Virus record (IMG/VR): IMGVR_UViG_3300045994_000087 | Source: a virus | Length of the DNA stretch: 39,287 nt | Reading direction: 5' to 3' (one strand) | Part shown: in pieces, positions 6,304 to 15,555 of the stretch | How positions within the stretch are numbered: position 1 is the stretch's first letter | Layout of the letters: every line of letters starts with the position of its first letter | Notes under the pieces: model-generated | Database searches by the model: none | Seen by the model: the letters and a program-made list of their open reading frames with translations, nothing else | What the model was told of the DNA's origin: nothing | Translations under genes and position numbers: made by a program

Positions 6304-6332
6304 TTTACGGATCCCGTGGAACAAGATATGAT
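6304..6332 (+). promoter_or_regulatory. Sigma70-like promoter for the rightward (late, structural) arm
   Basis: TTTACG (6304-6309), a 17-nt spacer, then TATGAT (6327-6332). The -10 context GATATGATCC is identical to that at 16446-16457. It lies 50 nt upstream of terS. Confidence 0.55.
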
Positions 6333-6382
6333 CCGGCCCATTGGAGATTTATTATCTTTTAACCAAATGTGGAGATGGAAAC

Positions 6383-6751
6383 ATGGCGCGTGGTGGAGCT
6401 CAACCTGGATCAGGCCGGCCAAAAGGCGCGGTGGCCAAGGTCACAGCCAAGGCAAAACAGGCTGCCGCTGAAACAGGACTGCTCCCACACGAGTGGTTGC
6501 TATTAGTTAGCCGCGGCGAAGGCATCAAGCACAAGCGCTGGGTCGTCAAGTATGACGCCAAGGGCAATGAGAAGAGCCGCGATCTTGTGGAAGAAGAAAT
6601 CTACGCTGACTTCCCCACACGCATTGATGCAGCAAAAGCATCTTCCCCCTACTACGCACCGCGACTTGCTGTGCAAACCGTCTCAATCACTGGGAACTCT
6701 GACGTGGTGTCTGACACATTGAAGGCCATTGCGGAGAAGCTACCAGTATGA
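6383..6751 (+). CDS. terS: Terminase small subunit
   Basis: Track ORF 6341..6751. I prefer ATG 6383 because a GGAG lies 8 nt upstream. This gives MARGGAQPGSGRPKGAVAK..., a basic N-terminus typical of small terminases. The stop overlaps the terL ATG as ATGA. Confidence 0.7.
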   Translation: MARGGAQPGSGRPKGAVAKVTAKAKQAAAETGLLPHEWLLLVSRGEGIKHKRWVVKYDAKGNEKSRDLVEEEIYADFPTRIDAAKASSPYYAPRLAVQTVSITGNSDVVSDTLKAIAEKLPV

Positions 6752-8082
6752 TAGACCTCTCCCACCAAAAGGACATGGAGCGCTGGTATCCACTCACTGA
6801 GCACTCTGTTCAAACCGACTTAGTCAATGACAAGGTGCGGTTTAAGGTGGTACCAGCAGGTCGTCGGTCTGGCAAGACTGAGAGAGCCAAGCGCTTCGTT
6901 GTACGTGAGGCCATGCGTGAACCAGGTCCTTACTTCGTTGCTGCTCCCACTCGAGACCAAGTCAAGAGGATCTACTGGTCTGACCTCAAGCGCCTCGCCT
7001 TTACCTCTGTGCTCGGTGACCGCTCAGTCAGTGAGTCTGAACTCCAGATCCGTCTACCTAATGGCAGCACCATCAGCCTTGTCGGTCTTGACCAACCTCA
7101 ACGTATGGAGGGTGTGCTCTGGATCGGCGGCGTTATCGATGAGATCGCAGACGTGCGTGAAGGTGCATGGCAGGAGAACATCAGCCCTGCCCTTGACACG
7201 TTCAACCCACTGAAGCCAGGCTACCGTCCATGGTGCTGGTTGATCGGTGTTCCTGACGGCTTGAACCACTACTACGAGATGGCTGAGTACGCTCGGACCA
7301 GCGGCGATGCTGATTGGAAGCTGTACACTTGGAAGTCAGCAGACATCCTTCCACCTGACGTGATTGAAGCCGCCAAGCGCCGCATGTCGCCCCGTCAGTA
7401 CCGCCAGGAGTATGAGGCCAGCTTTGAGACTGCATCGGGCCGAGTGTATGAGGACTACGGTCCTTGGAACCACACGAAGGAAGTCATCAAGAGCCATGAG
7501 CAGATCATGTGGCATCATGACTTCAACTTCACGCCCATGAGCTCAGGCATCGGTGTACGTCGTGGCAATGACTTCTACATCCTTGACGAGATCATCCTGA
7601 CCAGCGCAACGTCGCGCCAGTCGGCTATTGAGTTCGTTGAGAAGTATAAGAACCACGCCAACCGCAAGGTCGTCATCTACGGTGACCCTGCAGGACGCGC
7701 CGGTGAGAAGCATGGCCATGCCTCTGACTACACCGAGATGGAACAGGTGCTGCGCGCCAACAACTGGCAGGTCGAGCGTCGTGTCAAGCCTGCTGCTCCT
7801 GCCATCAAGGACCGTCAGAACTCTGTGCGCGCCAAGATCAGGAATGCCAAGGGCGAGACCAGTCTGTTTGTGAACATCGACAAAGCGAAGTATGCCCACA
7901 AGGGTCTGGCCACGGTTCAGATCAAGAAGGGTAGCACCTTCCTTGAAGAAGACAGCGACTATCAGCACATCACCACGGCCATCGGCTATTGTGTTGACCA
8001 TGAGTGGCCACTGCGTCCTGACCGCCCGAACGTCGATGCCAAGCCCGTCGCTTCCATCAACCATTTCAATTCAAGGAACTAG
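6748..8082 (+). CDS. terL: Terminase large subunit
   Basis: Track ORF of 444 aa. Walker A-like GRRSGKT and Walker B GGVIDEIAD are present. It sits directly upstream of the portal gene. Confidence 0.85.
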   Translation: MIDLSHQKDMERWYPLTEHSVQTDLVNDKVRFKVVPAGRRSGKTERAKRFVVREAMREPGPYFVAAPTRDQVKRIYWSDLKRLAFTSVLGDRSVSESELQIRLPNGSTISLVGLDQPQRMEGVLWIGGVIDEIADVREGAWQENISPALDTFNPLKPGYRPWCWLIGVPDGLNHYYEMAEYARTSGDADWKLYTWKSADILPPDVIEAAKRRMSPRQYRQEYEASFETASGRVYEDYGPWNHTKEVIKSHEQIMWHHDFNFTPMSSGIGVRRGNDFYILDEIILTSATSRQSAIEFVEKYKNHANRKVVIYGDPAGRAGEKHGHASDYTEMEQVLRANNWQVERRVKPAAPAIKDRQNSVRAKIRNAKGETSLFVNIDKAKYAHKGLATVQIKKGSTFLEEDSDYQHITTAIGYCVDHEWPLRPDRPNVDAKPVASINHFNSRN

Positions 8083-8085
8083 CAC

Positions 8086-10155
8086 ATGGCACGCCAAACC
8101 AAAGAAGAGCGCCTCAACGCCATCCATGAAGAGGCCGTGCGTGAGTTCGGCAAGATCCAATCGTCACTTAAAGACGAGCGCCTGCAATGCCTGCAGGATC
8201 GTCGCTTCTACTCCATTGCCGGAGCCCAGTGGGAAGGTCCGCTTGGTACCCAGTTCGAGAACAAGCCACGCTTTGAGGTGAACAAGGTCCATCTGGCCGT
8301 GATCCGCATCTTTAATGAGTACCGCAACAACCGCATCACTGTGGAGTTCGTCAACAAGGAAGGTAAGGACAACGACCAACTGGCCGAGGCCTGCTCGTCT
8401 TTGTACCGTGCCGATGAGCAAGACAGCTGCGCTGAAGAAGCCTATGACAACGCCTTTGAGGAAGCGGTCGGTGGTGGCTTTGGTGCTTGGCGTCTGCGTG
8501 CTGAGTACGAGGATGAAGAAGACGAGGACAACGAGTACCAGCGGATCCGCTTTGAGCCGATCTTCGATGCGGACTCGTCTGTGTTTTTTGACCTGAACGC
8601 CAAACGTCAAGACAAGTCCGACGCCAAGTCCTGCTTTGTGCTGACATCCATGACTCATGAGGCCTTCCGCGACGAGTGGAATGACGACCCAGCCACGTGG
8701 CCGAAGGTCGTGTACCAACGCCAGTTCGATTGGTTAACGCCCGATGTCGTCTACGTGGCCGAGTACTACCATGTCGAAGAAGCCAAGGAGACTATCTACT
8801 TCTACCGCGGCCTCGATGGCACTGAGCGCAAGGTCAATCAGACTGAGCTCGACAACGACGACACATTGGAAGAGACTTTGGCGGCCACTGGCTTCAAGCT
8901 TTCTCGCCAGAAGCGTGTCAAGCGCCGCAAGATCCACAAGTACATCATGAGCGGCAAAGGTGTACTTGAAGACTGCGGCTTCATCGCTGGCAAGCACATC
9001 CCGATTGTTCCCATGTACGGTAAGCGCTGGTTTGTGGACAACATTGAACGCTGCATGGGCCATGTCCGTCTGGCTAAGGATGCTCAGCGCTTGAAGAACA
9101 TGCAGCTATCGAAGCTCGGCGAGATTAGCGCCATGAGCTCGGTTGAGAAGCCCATCTTCACGCCTGAACAGATCGCGTCCCACCAGATCATGTGGGCTGA
9201 GGATAACATCAAGAACTACCCATACTTGCTGGTCAACCCACTGACTGATGGCAATGGCAACGTGACTGCTGTGGGTCCTGTGGCCTACACCAAGGCACCT
9301 GAAATTCCACCTGCCATGGCTGCTCTGCTTCAGATCACTGAGCAGGACATGCAAGACGTCTTGGGCAACCAGCAAGCAGGTGAACAGTTCCAGCCCAATA
9401 TCAGCGGCAAGGCTGTGGAGTTGATCCAAGGCAAGCTCGACATGCAGACGTTCATTTACGTCAGCAACATGAGCAAGGCCATCCGCCGCTCTGGTGAAAT
9501 CTGGCTCTCCATGGCTAAGGACATATTAGTTGATGAAGGCCGCAAGATGAAGGGCGTAGGAGCCTCTGGTGAGGTCGAGGGTATCGAGTTGCTGCGTCCG
9601 ATGGTTAACCAAGAGACAGATGAGATTGAGCATGAGAATGACCTAGGTAGTGCCGACTTCGATGTATCTGTGGACGTTGGTCCATCTTCTGCTAGCAAGA
9701 AGCAAAGCACTGTGCGGTCCCTGACTGGCATGATGCAGATCACACAAGACCCAGAGACCCTTCAGGTCCTCGGCGCCATGGCCATGATGAACATGGAAGG
9801 CGAAGGAATTAGTGAAGTTCGTGACTATTTCCGCCATAAACTGATTAAAATGGGCGTTGTAAAACCAACGGATGAGGAGATGAAAGAACTCCAGGTCGAG
9901 ATCCAGAACACTCCACCTGATCCCAATTCAGAGTTCCTCAAGGCGTCGGCTGATCAGGCCCAGGCTCAAGCAGTCAAAGCGCGTGCAGATACCGTACTGA
10001 CTGTGGCCAAAGCCCAGGAGTCGAAAGCCAAGACGGCTGAGACGTTGGCAAACATTGACATTGGACAGCGGCAACATTTGCTGGACTTAGTACAAGCTCT
10101 TGGTGAGGCGATGCCCAGTGGTGAGACGCCACCACCTCAACCAAGCGCACAGTGA
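8086..10155 (+). CDS. Portal protein (P22 gp1-like)
   Basis: Track ORF of 689 aa. The blocks GGGFGAWRLRAEYED, AGKHIPIVPMYGKRWF and VRLAKDAQRLKNM match my memory of P22 gp1 (VGAWRLVTDYED, AGEHIPIVPVFGEWGF, VRLTKDGQRLRNM). A long helical C-terminal tail is also present. Confidence 0.85.
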   Translation: MARQTKEERLNAIHEEAVREFGKIQSSLKDERLQCLQDRRFYSIAGAQWEGPLGTQFENKPRFEVNKVHLAVIRIFNEYRNNRITVEFVNKEGKDNDQLAEACSSLYRADEQDSCAEEAYDNAFEEAVGGGFGAWRLRAEYEDEEDEDNEYQRIRFEPIFDADSSVFFDLNAKRQDKSDAKSCFVLTSMTHEAFRDEWNDDPATWPKVVYQRQFDWLTPDVVYVAEYYHVEEAKETIYFYRGLDGTERKVNQTELDNDDTLEETLAATGFKLSRQKRVKRRKIHKYIMSGKGVLEDCGFIAGKHIPIVPMYGKRWFVDNIERCMGHVRLAKDAQRLKNMQLSKLGEISAMSSVEKPIFTPEQIASHQIMWAEDNIKNYPYLLVNPLTDGNGNVTAVGPVAYTKAPEIPPAMAALLQITEQDMQDVLGNQQAGEQFQPNISGKAVELIQGKLDMQTFIYVSNMSKAIRRSGEIWLSMAKDILVDEGRKMKGVGASGEVEGIELLRPMVNQETDEIEHENDLGSADFDVSVDVGPSSASKKQSTVRSLTGMMQITQDPETLQVLGAMAMMNMEGEGISEVRDYFRHKLIKMGVVKPTDEEMKELQVEIQNTPPDPNSEFLKASADQAQAQAVKARADTVLTVAKAQESKAKTAETLANIDIGQRQHLLDLVQALGEAMPSGETPPPQPSAQ

Positions 10156-10208
10156 ACGAGGTATCCACCCGGCCTCCTTATCGGGTGAGTTTGAATGGGG
10201 TCATAGAA

Positions 10209-11078
10209 ATGAAGATAAAGGTAGAAGGTCAAGCAGCTGAAGATAAAGGTATGAACCTGGAAGTCGAGACTGGCACTGCCAACGACGAGGCCACAGGCCA
10301 AGTTGCTGAAGGTGAAGGTCAAGGCAACGGAGAGCATTCTGAATCTGACGTTGTTGTGACCATTGGTGAGGAAGCGCCGCCCGCCGAAGATGAACACGCG
10401 AACGCGCCTGAATGGGTTCGTGAACTGCGCAAGACCAATCGTGAAGATAAGCGCCGCATCCGTGAGTTGGAAGAGAAGCTGAAAACCGGTACTGCAGAGA
10501 CCAAGCCTGCCGTCACCCTGGGCACTAAGCCTAAACTCGAAGACCACGACTACGACGCTGACAAGTACGAGCAAGCGTTGGAGAACTGGTACAAGCAGAA
10601 GCGCCAAGTCGATGAACAGGCAGCCAAGGCGGAAGCCGAAGCCAAGTCTACAAATGAAGCTTGGCAAGCAAAGTTGTCGTCCTATGGTAAGGCCAAAACC
10701 GAACTGAAGGTCAAGGACTTTGATGATGCCGAAGGCGTTGTGCAGGAAACATTTTCCGCCACACAACAAGGTATCATGCTGCAAGGTGCTGAAAACCCAG
10801 CATTGTTGGTCTATGCACTTGGCAAGAACCCGAAGAAAGCGAAAGAGCTTGCTTCAATTACTGACCCCGTGAAGTACGCCTTTGCGGTAGCAAAACTGGA
10901 GACTCAATTGAAAGTAACTAACCGCAAGGCAGCACCTGCACCAGAACGTACAGTGCGTGGAACCGGATCCGTCTCGGGTACGGTGGACTCTCAACTCGAA
11001 CGGCTACGCGCCGACGCCGAAAAGACCGGTGACCATACCAAGGTCATCGCGTACAAACGGTTGAAGCGTCAGTCATAA
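10209..11078 (+). CDS. Scaffolding protein
   Basis: Track ORF 10152..11078 starts at a GTG inside the portal gene. ATG 10209 gives MKIKVEGQAAEDKG.... The protein is acidic, Lys/Glu-rich and coiled-coil-like, and it sits between portal and coat. Confidence 0.65.
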   Translation: MKIKVEGQAAEDKGMNLEVETGTANDEATGQVAEGEGQGNGEHSESDVVVTIGEEAPPAEDEHANAPEWVRELRKTNREDKRRIRELEEKLKTGTAETKPAVTLGTKPKLEDHDYDADKYEQALENWYKQKRQVDEQAAKAEAEAKSTNEAWQAKLSSYGKAKTELKVKDFDDAEGVVQETFSATQQGIMLQGAENPALLVYALGKNPKKAKELASITDPVKYAFAVAKLETQLKVTNRKAAPAPERTVRGTGSVSGTVDSQLERLRADAEKTGDHTKVIAYKRLKRQS

Positions 11079-11110
11079 ACCAAACTCATCAACAATTAGG
11101 AGACTTACAA

Positions 11111-12469
11111 ATGAAACGCTTATTGGCAATAATTATCTTCGTGGGCGATGTGCTGCACAAAGCCCTCTTTTCTCACATGGTCCGCTCAGGTATGATCTTG
11201 TGTGTTAACACGTTCAACAAGGAAGAACGCATCGCGTTCGAAAACATCCTTGAGGGTTTCCAAGACGCCCTCGTCCTGAGCCGCAATGTGGCTGTGTACC
11301 CAACCAACGGCACCGAGATGGAACGCGCTGCGGATACTATCTGGCGCCCACAACCATACGTTGCACAGTCGTTTAGTGGTACTGATATGACTACCAACTT
11401 CAAAGACTACGCTCAACTCGCCGTCCCGGCTACTCTTGGCTTCAGCAAGTCTGTGCCTTGGACACTGACCGCTAAGGAACTGCGTGACTCACTGCAAGAA
11501 AACCGTTTGGGCGATGCTGCAAAGCAGAAACTGGCTTCCGACATCAACGTCGCCATCATGAACGTCGCGTCCAACCAAGGTTCACTGGTCGTGAAGCGTA
11601 CCACTGCTGCCACTGGCTACGACGACGTCGCTCTGATGGACGCAGTCATGAACGAGCAGGGTGTCCAAGCCTTCGACCGTTACGCCGCATTCTCCAGCCG
11701 CGACTACAACAACATGGCCAGCAACTTGGCAGGCCGTGGCACGATGCAGGGCAAGCCTGTGACCGCCTACGAGAAGTCTTTTGTGGGTAACGTGGCTGGC
11801 TTTGAGACCTTCAAGCTGGACTACGCCAACCGTCTGACCGCTGCGCTTGGTGTGACCGTGACTCTGAATGGCGCCAACCAGTACTACACTCCGAAGTCCA
11901 TCAGCACGGCCAGCACGGGTGAAGTCTCCAACGTTGACAACCGCTTCCAGACCATCACCATCGGTGTTGTGTCCGGCACGGTCAAGGTCGGTGATGCCTT
12001 CACGATTGCTGGCGTTAATGCTGTGCACCACATCACCAAGCAGGACACTGGCCAACTGAAGACCTTCCGTGTCAGCGCCATCGTCACTGGTGCTGGTGGC
12101 GCTGGTACCATCCAGATCACTCCTCCGATCATCTCGGGTGGTGGTACAACGGACGCAGAACTTGAGTACCAGAACGTCACTGCAACTCCTGCCAACGGTG
12201 CAGCACTTACATTCCTCAACACAGTGGCTGCCAACATCAACCCGTTCTGGCAAAAGGATGCTTTGGAAATCCTGCCTGGCCGCTACGCAGTGCCGGAAGA
12301 TGCAGGTACCGCAGTGATGCGCGCCAGCACCGATCAAGGTATCGAGTTGGTCATGCAGAAGTTCTACGACATCAACACAATGAAAACCAAGTACCGCTTG
12401 GACACTCTTTTTGGTGTTGTGAACAAGCAACCTGAGATGAGCGGCATCATTTTGTTCAGCCAGGTTTAA
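11111..12469 (+). CDS. Major capsid (coat) protein, P22 gp5-like. The start is uncertain.
   Basis: Track ORF of 452 aa. VDNRFQTITIGVVSGTVKVGDAFTIAGV resembles P22 gp5 [27 protein letters not shown], from memory. An AGGAG lies 9 nt before ATG 11111. The first 27 aa are atypically hydrophobic, so alternative ATGs at 11177 or 11192 are possible. Confidence 0.8.
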   Translation: MKRLLAIIIFVGDVLHKALFSHMVRSGMILCVNTFNKEERIAFENILEGFQDALVLSRNVAVYPTNGTEMERAADTIWRPQPYVAQSFSGTDMTTNFKDYAQLAVPATLGFSKSVPWTLTAKELRDSLQENRLGDAAKQKLASDINVAIMNVASNQGSLVVKRTTAATGYDDVALMDAVMNEQGVQAFDRYAAFSSRDYNNMASNLAGRGTMQGKPVTAYEKSFVGNVAGFETFKLDYANRLTAALGVTVTLNGANQYYTPKSISTASTGEVSNVDNRFQTITIGVVSGTVKVGDAFTIAGVNAVHHITKQDTGQLKTFRVSAIVTGAGGAGTIQITPPIISGGGTTDAELEYQNVTATPANGAALTFLNTVAANINPFWQKDALEILPGRYAVPEDAGTAVMRASTDQGIELVMQKFYDINTMKTKYRLDTLFGVVNKQPEMSGIILFSQV

Positions 12470-12477
12470 CCACTAAT

Positions 12478-12504
12478 AACCCCGGAGGTTAGGCCTCCGG
12501 GGTT
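12478..12504 (+). terminator. Strong stem-loop immediately after the coat gene (probable partial terminator or mRNA stabiliser)
   Basis: aaccccggagg-ttagg-cctccggggtt forms an 11-bp perfect GC-rich stem. There is no clear T-run downstream. Confidence 0.5.
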
Positions 12505-12529
12505 ACAACCATAGAATCAGGAGATTGAA

Positions 12530-12844
12530 ATGAAGAACGCAACAATGCTCTACAAGGCCCCAGGACCTCACGAGATCCATGGCGGACACTTCGACTACGT
12601 CATAGTTGATGCAGATGAAGAAGGTGCCATCGACGCAGCCTTGGCTGGTGGCTGGTTTAAGACTACACCAGAGGCAAAGGACGCAAAGGACGCAAAGGAC
12701 GCAAAGGACGCTGAAACTAATAATTCACTGCCAGCCACACGCGCAGAATTAGAACAGAAGGCAGGTGAGTTGGGCATTAAGTTTAACGATAAGATGTCCG
12801 ACAAAAAGCTCGGTGACCTGATTACGGCAACATTGGAGAATTGA
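12530..12844 (+). CDS. Hypothetical protein (104 aa) with an (AKD)4 repeat and a SAP/HeH-like C-terminus
   Basis: Track ORF. An AGGAG RBS lies 7 nt upstream. The sequence includes MLYKAPGPHEIHGGHFDYVIVD... and a C-terminal ATRAELEQKAGELGIKF helix-extended-helix-like segment. Confidence 0.7.
   Translation: MKNATMLYKAPGPHEIHGGHFDYVIVDADEEGAIDAALAGGWFKTTPEAKDAKDAKDAKDAETNNSLPATRAELEQKAGELGIKFNDKMSDKKLGDLITATLEN
12674..12709 (+). repeat. Perfect 9-bp tandem repeat gcaaaggac x4 (in frame, encodes AKD x4)
   Basis: Read directly from the sequence. Confidence 0.95.
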
Positions 12845-12846
12845 TC

Positions 12847-13335
12847 ATGGGATGGACGAAGCGTCAATTTGTAGAGCAAGCCTTTGAGGAGATCGGCCTG
12901 GCAGCCTACGTCTTCGACTTGACACCTGAGCAGTTGCAGAGCGCGCTTCGTCGTCTTGATGCCATGATGGCCGGGTGGAACGCCAATGGTATTCGTATCG
13001 GTTGGCCTATGCCGTCAACGCCAGATGGCTCAGACTTGGATACTGATACCAATGCACCAGATGTTGCCAATGAGGCGATCTACATAAACCTTGCGGCACG
13101 CTTGGCCCCTGGGTTTGGCAAGACACTATCACCAGACACCAAGGTGGTTGGCGACGCCGCCTACAGCAATTTGCTCAACCAAACGTCTTCTCCAACGCCT
13201 GAACGCCAATTCCCAAACACATTAGCTCGTGGTGCGGGAACAAAACCTTGGAGGAGCTTTAATAGTAACCAGTTTGTAAAGACACCAGAGGACCCCATAC
13301 AAGCTGGCGACGACAATACACTTAACTTTGAGTAG
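12847..13335 (+). CDS. Head-to-tail adaptor (P22 gp4-like)
   Basis: Track ORF 12841..13335 starts at a TTG. ATG 12847 has a GGAGAA 7 nt upstream. RRLDAMMAGWNANG resembles P22 gp4 DDLEAMMAEWYQDG, from memory. Size and position also match. Confidence 0.7.
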   Translation: MGWTKRQFVEQAFEEIGLAAYVFDLTPEQLQSALRRLDAMMAGWNANGIRIGWPMPSTPDGSDLDTDTNAPDVANEAIYINLAARLAPGFGKTLSPDTKVVGDAAYSNLLNQTSSPTPERQFPNTLARGAGTKPWRSFNSNQFVKTPEDPIQAGDDNTLNFE

Positions 13336-13344
13336 GAGAATGAC

Positions 13345-13803
13345 GTGCCAACAATCAACCAGCTTACCGCTATCAATTTGCTCTCATCCAGTGACTTAGT
13401 CCCAGTCTACTCTCAGGTGAATGGTGATGCACGCAAAGCATCAATGACAGCCATCGCAAATTACGTGAAGTCCACAATCACTGTAGCCGATGATAAGATT
13501 ACCCAGTACGCGGCTCCAGTGACCGATGGCCAAGTGTTGCAAGTGACTGACGGTCCAAGCAGTGTTTGGGTAATCACAACACCTTTAAGCGTCTTCGCAG
13601 CTGGCACGGTTCGCCTGCCGGCTGTGGCCAACTGTGTCGACCGCCAGGAAGTTCTAGTGAACTACACCAACGGCGTCACTGCGCTGACTGTGGACGGCAA
13701 TGGAGCGGCAGCTGTGTTTGGAGCACCAAGCACCATGGCTTCAAACTCGTTCTTCCGCCTTCGGTTCGATGCCACCATGAAGACCTGGTACCGCGTCGGA
13801 TAA
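13345..13803 (+). CDS. Hypothetical virion-module protein (152 aa)
   Basis: Track ORF with a GTG start at 13345 and an AGGAG 6 nt upstream. The N-terminus is PTINQLTAINLLSSSDLVPVYSQ. Confidence 0.6.
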   Translation: MPTINQLTAINLLSSSDLVPVYSQVNGDARKASMTAIANYVKSTITVADDKITQYAAPVTDGQVLQVTDGPSSVWVITTPLSVFAAGTVRLPAVANCVDRQEVLVNYTNGVTALTVDGNGAAAVFGAPSTMASNSFFRLRFDATMKTWYRVG

Positions 13804-13828
13804 TTATTAACCACTTTAGGAGAGTAAT

Positions 13829-14152
13829 ATGTCATCAGATACACCATTCAACCCGGCACGTGGTAAGAACCAAAAAGTGACTGCCACCATCACGTCACAG
13901 GCCATCACCATTGGTGGTGGTAGTCACTCAATTCGCGTCATCAACCAAGGTGCAGTCGTCGGGTACTTTGTGACCTACAAAGCTTCAGACGAGACTCGTG
14001 TGTGTGCAAACACTGAGACACCGATTGCAGTTGCTGGCGCTGCCGGATCAGTTCTCGTTATTGAGAAACCTATTGATCACGATACCATAGCCTTCCTCGC
14101 TGATTCAGTCACAACTATTCTGCACTTCCAACCTGGCGAAGGCGGCTGCTAA
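13829..14152 (+). CDS. Hypothetical virion-module protein (107 aa)
   Basis: Track ORF. An AGGAG RBS is present (ttaggagagtaatATG). The composition is beta-rich. Confidence 0.6.
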   Translation: MSSDTPFNPARGKNQKVTATITSQAITIGGGSHSIRVINQGAVVGYFVTYKASDETRVCANTETPIAVAGAAGSVLVIEKPIDHDTIAFLADSVTTILHFQPGEGGC

Positions 14153-14154
14153 TC

Positions 14155-15555
14155 ATGCAAATCCCCATCCTTAACGGCATCTACACGGATGGGGTGTCCG
14201 ACTTTCGGACGTCCTACCCGCGCAACATGGTGCCAGTACCAAAGCAACAGGGTATCTCCCAAGGGTACCTCCGTCCAGCTGACGGGATCATTGAGTTTGG
14301 TTCAGGGCCAGGCACTGATCGCGGTGGAGTGAATTGGAATGACGTCTGCTACCGAGTCATGGGTACGAAGCTTGTCAGCATTAGCTCGAGTGGCGTGGTG
14401 ACTACACTTGGCGATGTTGGTGGCACTGGTGAGGTGACATTCGACTACTCGTTTGACCGCTTGGGCGTTGCGTCTGGTGGCAACCTGTACTACTGGAACG
14501 GGACAACCCTGGTTCAGGTCACCGACCCAGACCTTAAGACAGTCGTTGACTTTCTTTGGGTTGACGGCTACTTCATGACAACTGATGGCAAGTACCTGAT
14601 TGTCACTGAGTTGAATGACCCACTCTCTGTCAACCCGCTTAAGTACGGAAGCTCCGAAGCTGACCCAGATCCCATCAAAGGTTTGATCAAGCTGAGGAAC
14701 GAAGTCTATGCTCTGAACCGCTACACCATTGAGACCTTCCAAAACGTTGGTGGGTCGTTCTTTCCATTCCAACGCATTGATGGCGCTCAGATGCAACGCG
14801 GTGTGATTGGCACGTATTGTGCTGCCATGTTTATGGAGATGATAGCATTCTTGGGCAGCGGACGAAACGAGGCCCCAGGTGTTTGGATCGGAAGCAGTGG
14901 TTCAACTCAAAAGCTTTCAACCCGCGAGATCGACCAGATTTTGCTTGGCTACACAGAAGCCCAGTTGGCAGCCTCTATTATGGAGGCCCGTGTCACAAAC
15001 AACCATCAACTCTTGTACATCCATCTGCCAGATCAGACGTTGGTCTATGACGGTGTTGGTTCACAAGTTGTACAAGAGCCAGTTTGGTTTATCCTCACTT
15101 CTAGTCTGGTTGGCCTCGGCCAATACCGTGCACGAAACTTTGTCTGGTGCTACGACAAATGGTTGTGTGGTGACCCAACTACATCCAAGCACGGGTACTT
15201 CAACAACCTTGTGTCGTCGCATTATGGGGTCACCAATGGTTGGGACTTCGGCACTGTCATCATGTACAATGAAGGCAATGGAGCTTTGTTCCACGAGCTT
15301 GAGTTGGTATGCTTGACTGGAAACGTAGCAGCTGGAGTTGAGACAACCATTTGGACGTCATACACAGTCGATGGGCAGACATGGAGCATGGAAAGACCGA
15401 GGTCTGCAGGTAAGCAAGGCGAGCGCCTCAAGCGCATCACCTGGATGCAGCAAGGCCACATGAGGCACTGGCGTTGCCAAAAGTTCCGCGGTAACAGTGA
15501 CGCCCATTTGTCAGTGGCACGACTTGAAGCCAAGATCGAGGGCTTAAATGTCTAA
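14155..15555 (+). CDS. Tail hub / packaged-DNA stabilisation protein (P22 gp10-like)
   Basis: Track ORF of 466 aa. GVIGTYCAAMF and LLYIHLPDQTLVYD resemble P22 gp10 GIAGTYCKTPF and LLIIHLPRHVLVYD, from memory. Confidence 0.75.
   Translation: MQIPILNGIYTDGVSDFRTSYPRNMVPVPKQQGISQGYLRPADGIIEFGSGPGTDRGGVNWNDVCYRVMGTKLVSISSSGVVTTLGDVGGTGEVTFDYSFDRLGVASGGNLYYWNGTTLVQVTDPDLKTVVDFLWVDGYFMTTDGKYLIVTELNDPLSVNPLKYGSSEADPDPIKGLIKLRNEVYALNRYTIETFQNVGGSFFPFQRIDGAQMQRGVIGTYCAAMFMEMIAFLGSGRNEAPGVWIGSSGSTQKLSTREIDQILLGYTEAQLAASIMEARVTNNHQLLYIHLPDQTLVYDGVGSQVVQEPVWFILTSSLVGLGQYRARNFVWCYDKWLCGDPTTSKHGYFNNLVSSHYGVTNGWDFGTVIMYNEGNGALFHELELVCLTGNVAAGVETTIWTSYTVDGQTWSMERPRSAGKQGERLKRITWMQQGHMRHWRCQKFRGNSDAHLSVARLEAKIEGLNV

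Noticed and set aside
5699-6471. ORFs 5699..5959 (+), 6037..6249 (+), 6126..6422 (-) and 6250..6471 (+) in the divergent control region
   Set aside because: They have no RBS and low-complexity or repeat-derived translations (SSSSSF, EEEEEE from the (TTC)n tract). They overlap promoters and iterons. I treat the region as non-coding.
7543-12430. Long antisense ORFs inside terL, portal, scaffold and coat (for example 7543..8064, 8164..8718, 10137..10784 and 11582..12430); similar ones lie inside the polymerase (35132..36076), methyltransferase (29200..29841) and ThyA-like gene (27868..28314)
   Set aside because: They are fully contained in confidently assigned genes on the other strand. They lack RBSs, and their translations are compositionally odd (Val/Gly/Leu/His-rich). 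This is typical of shadow ORFs.
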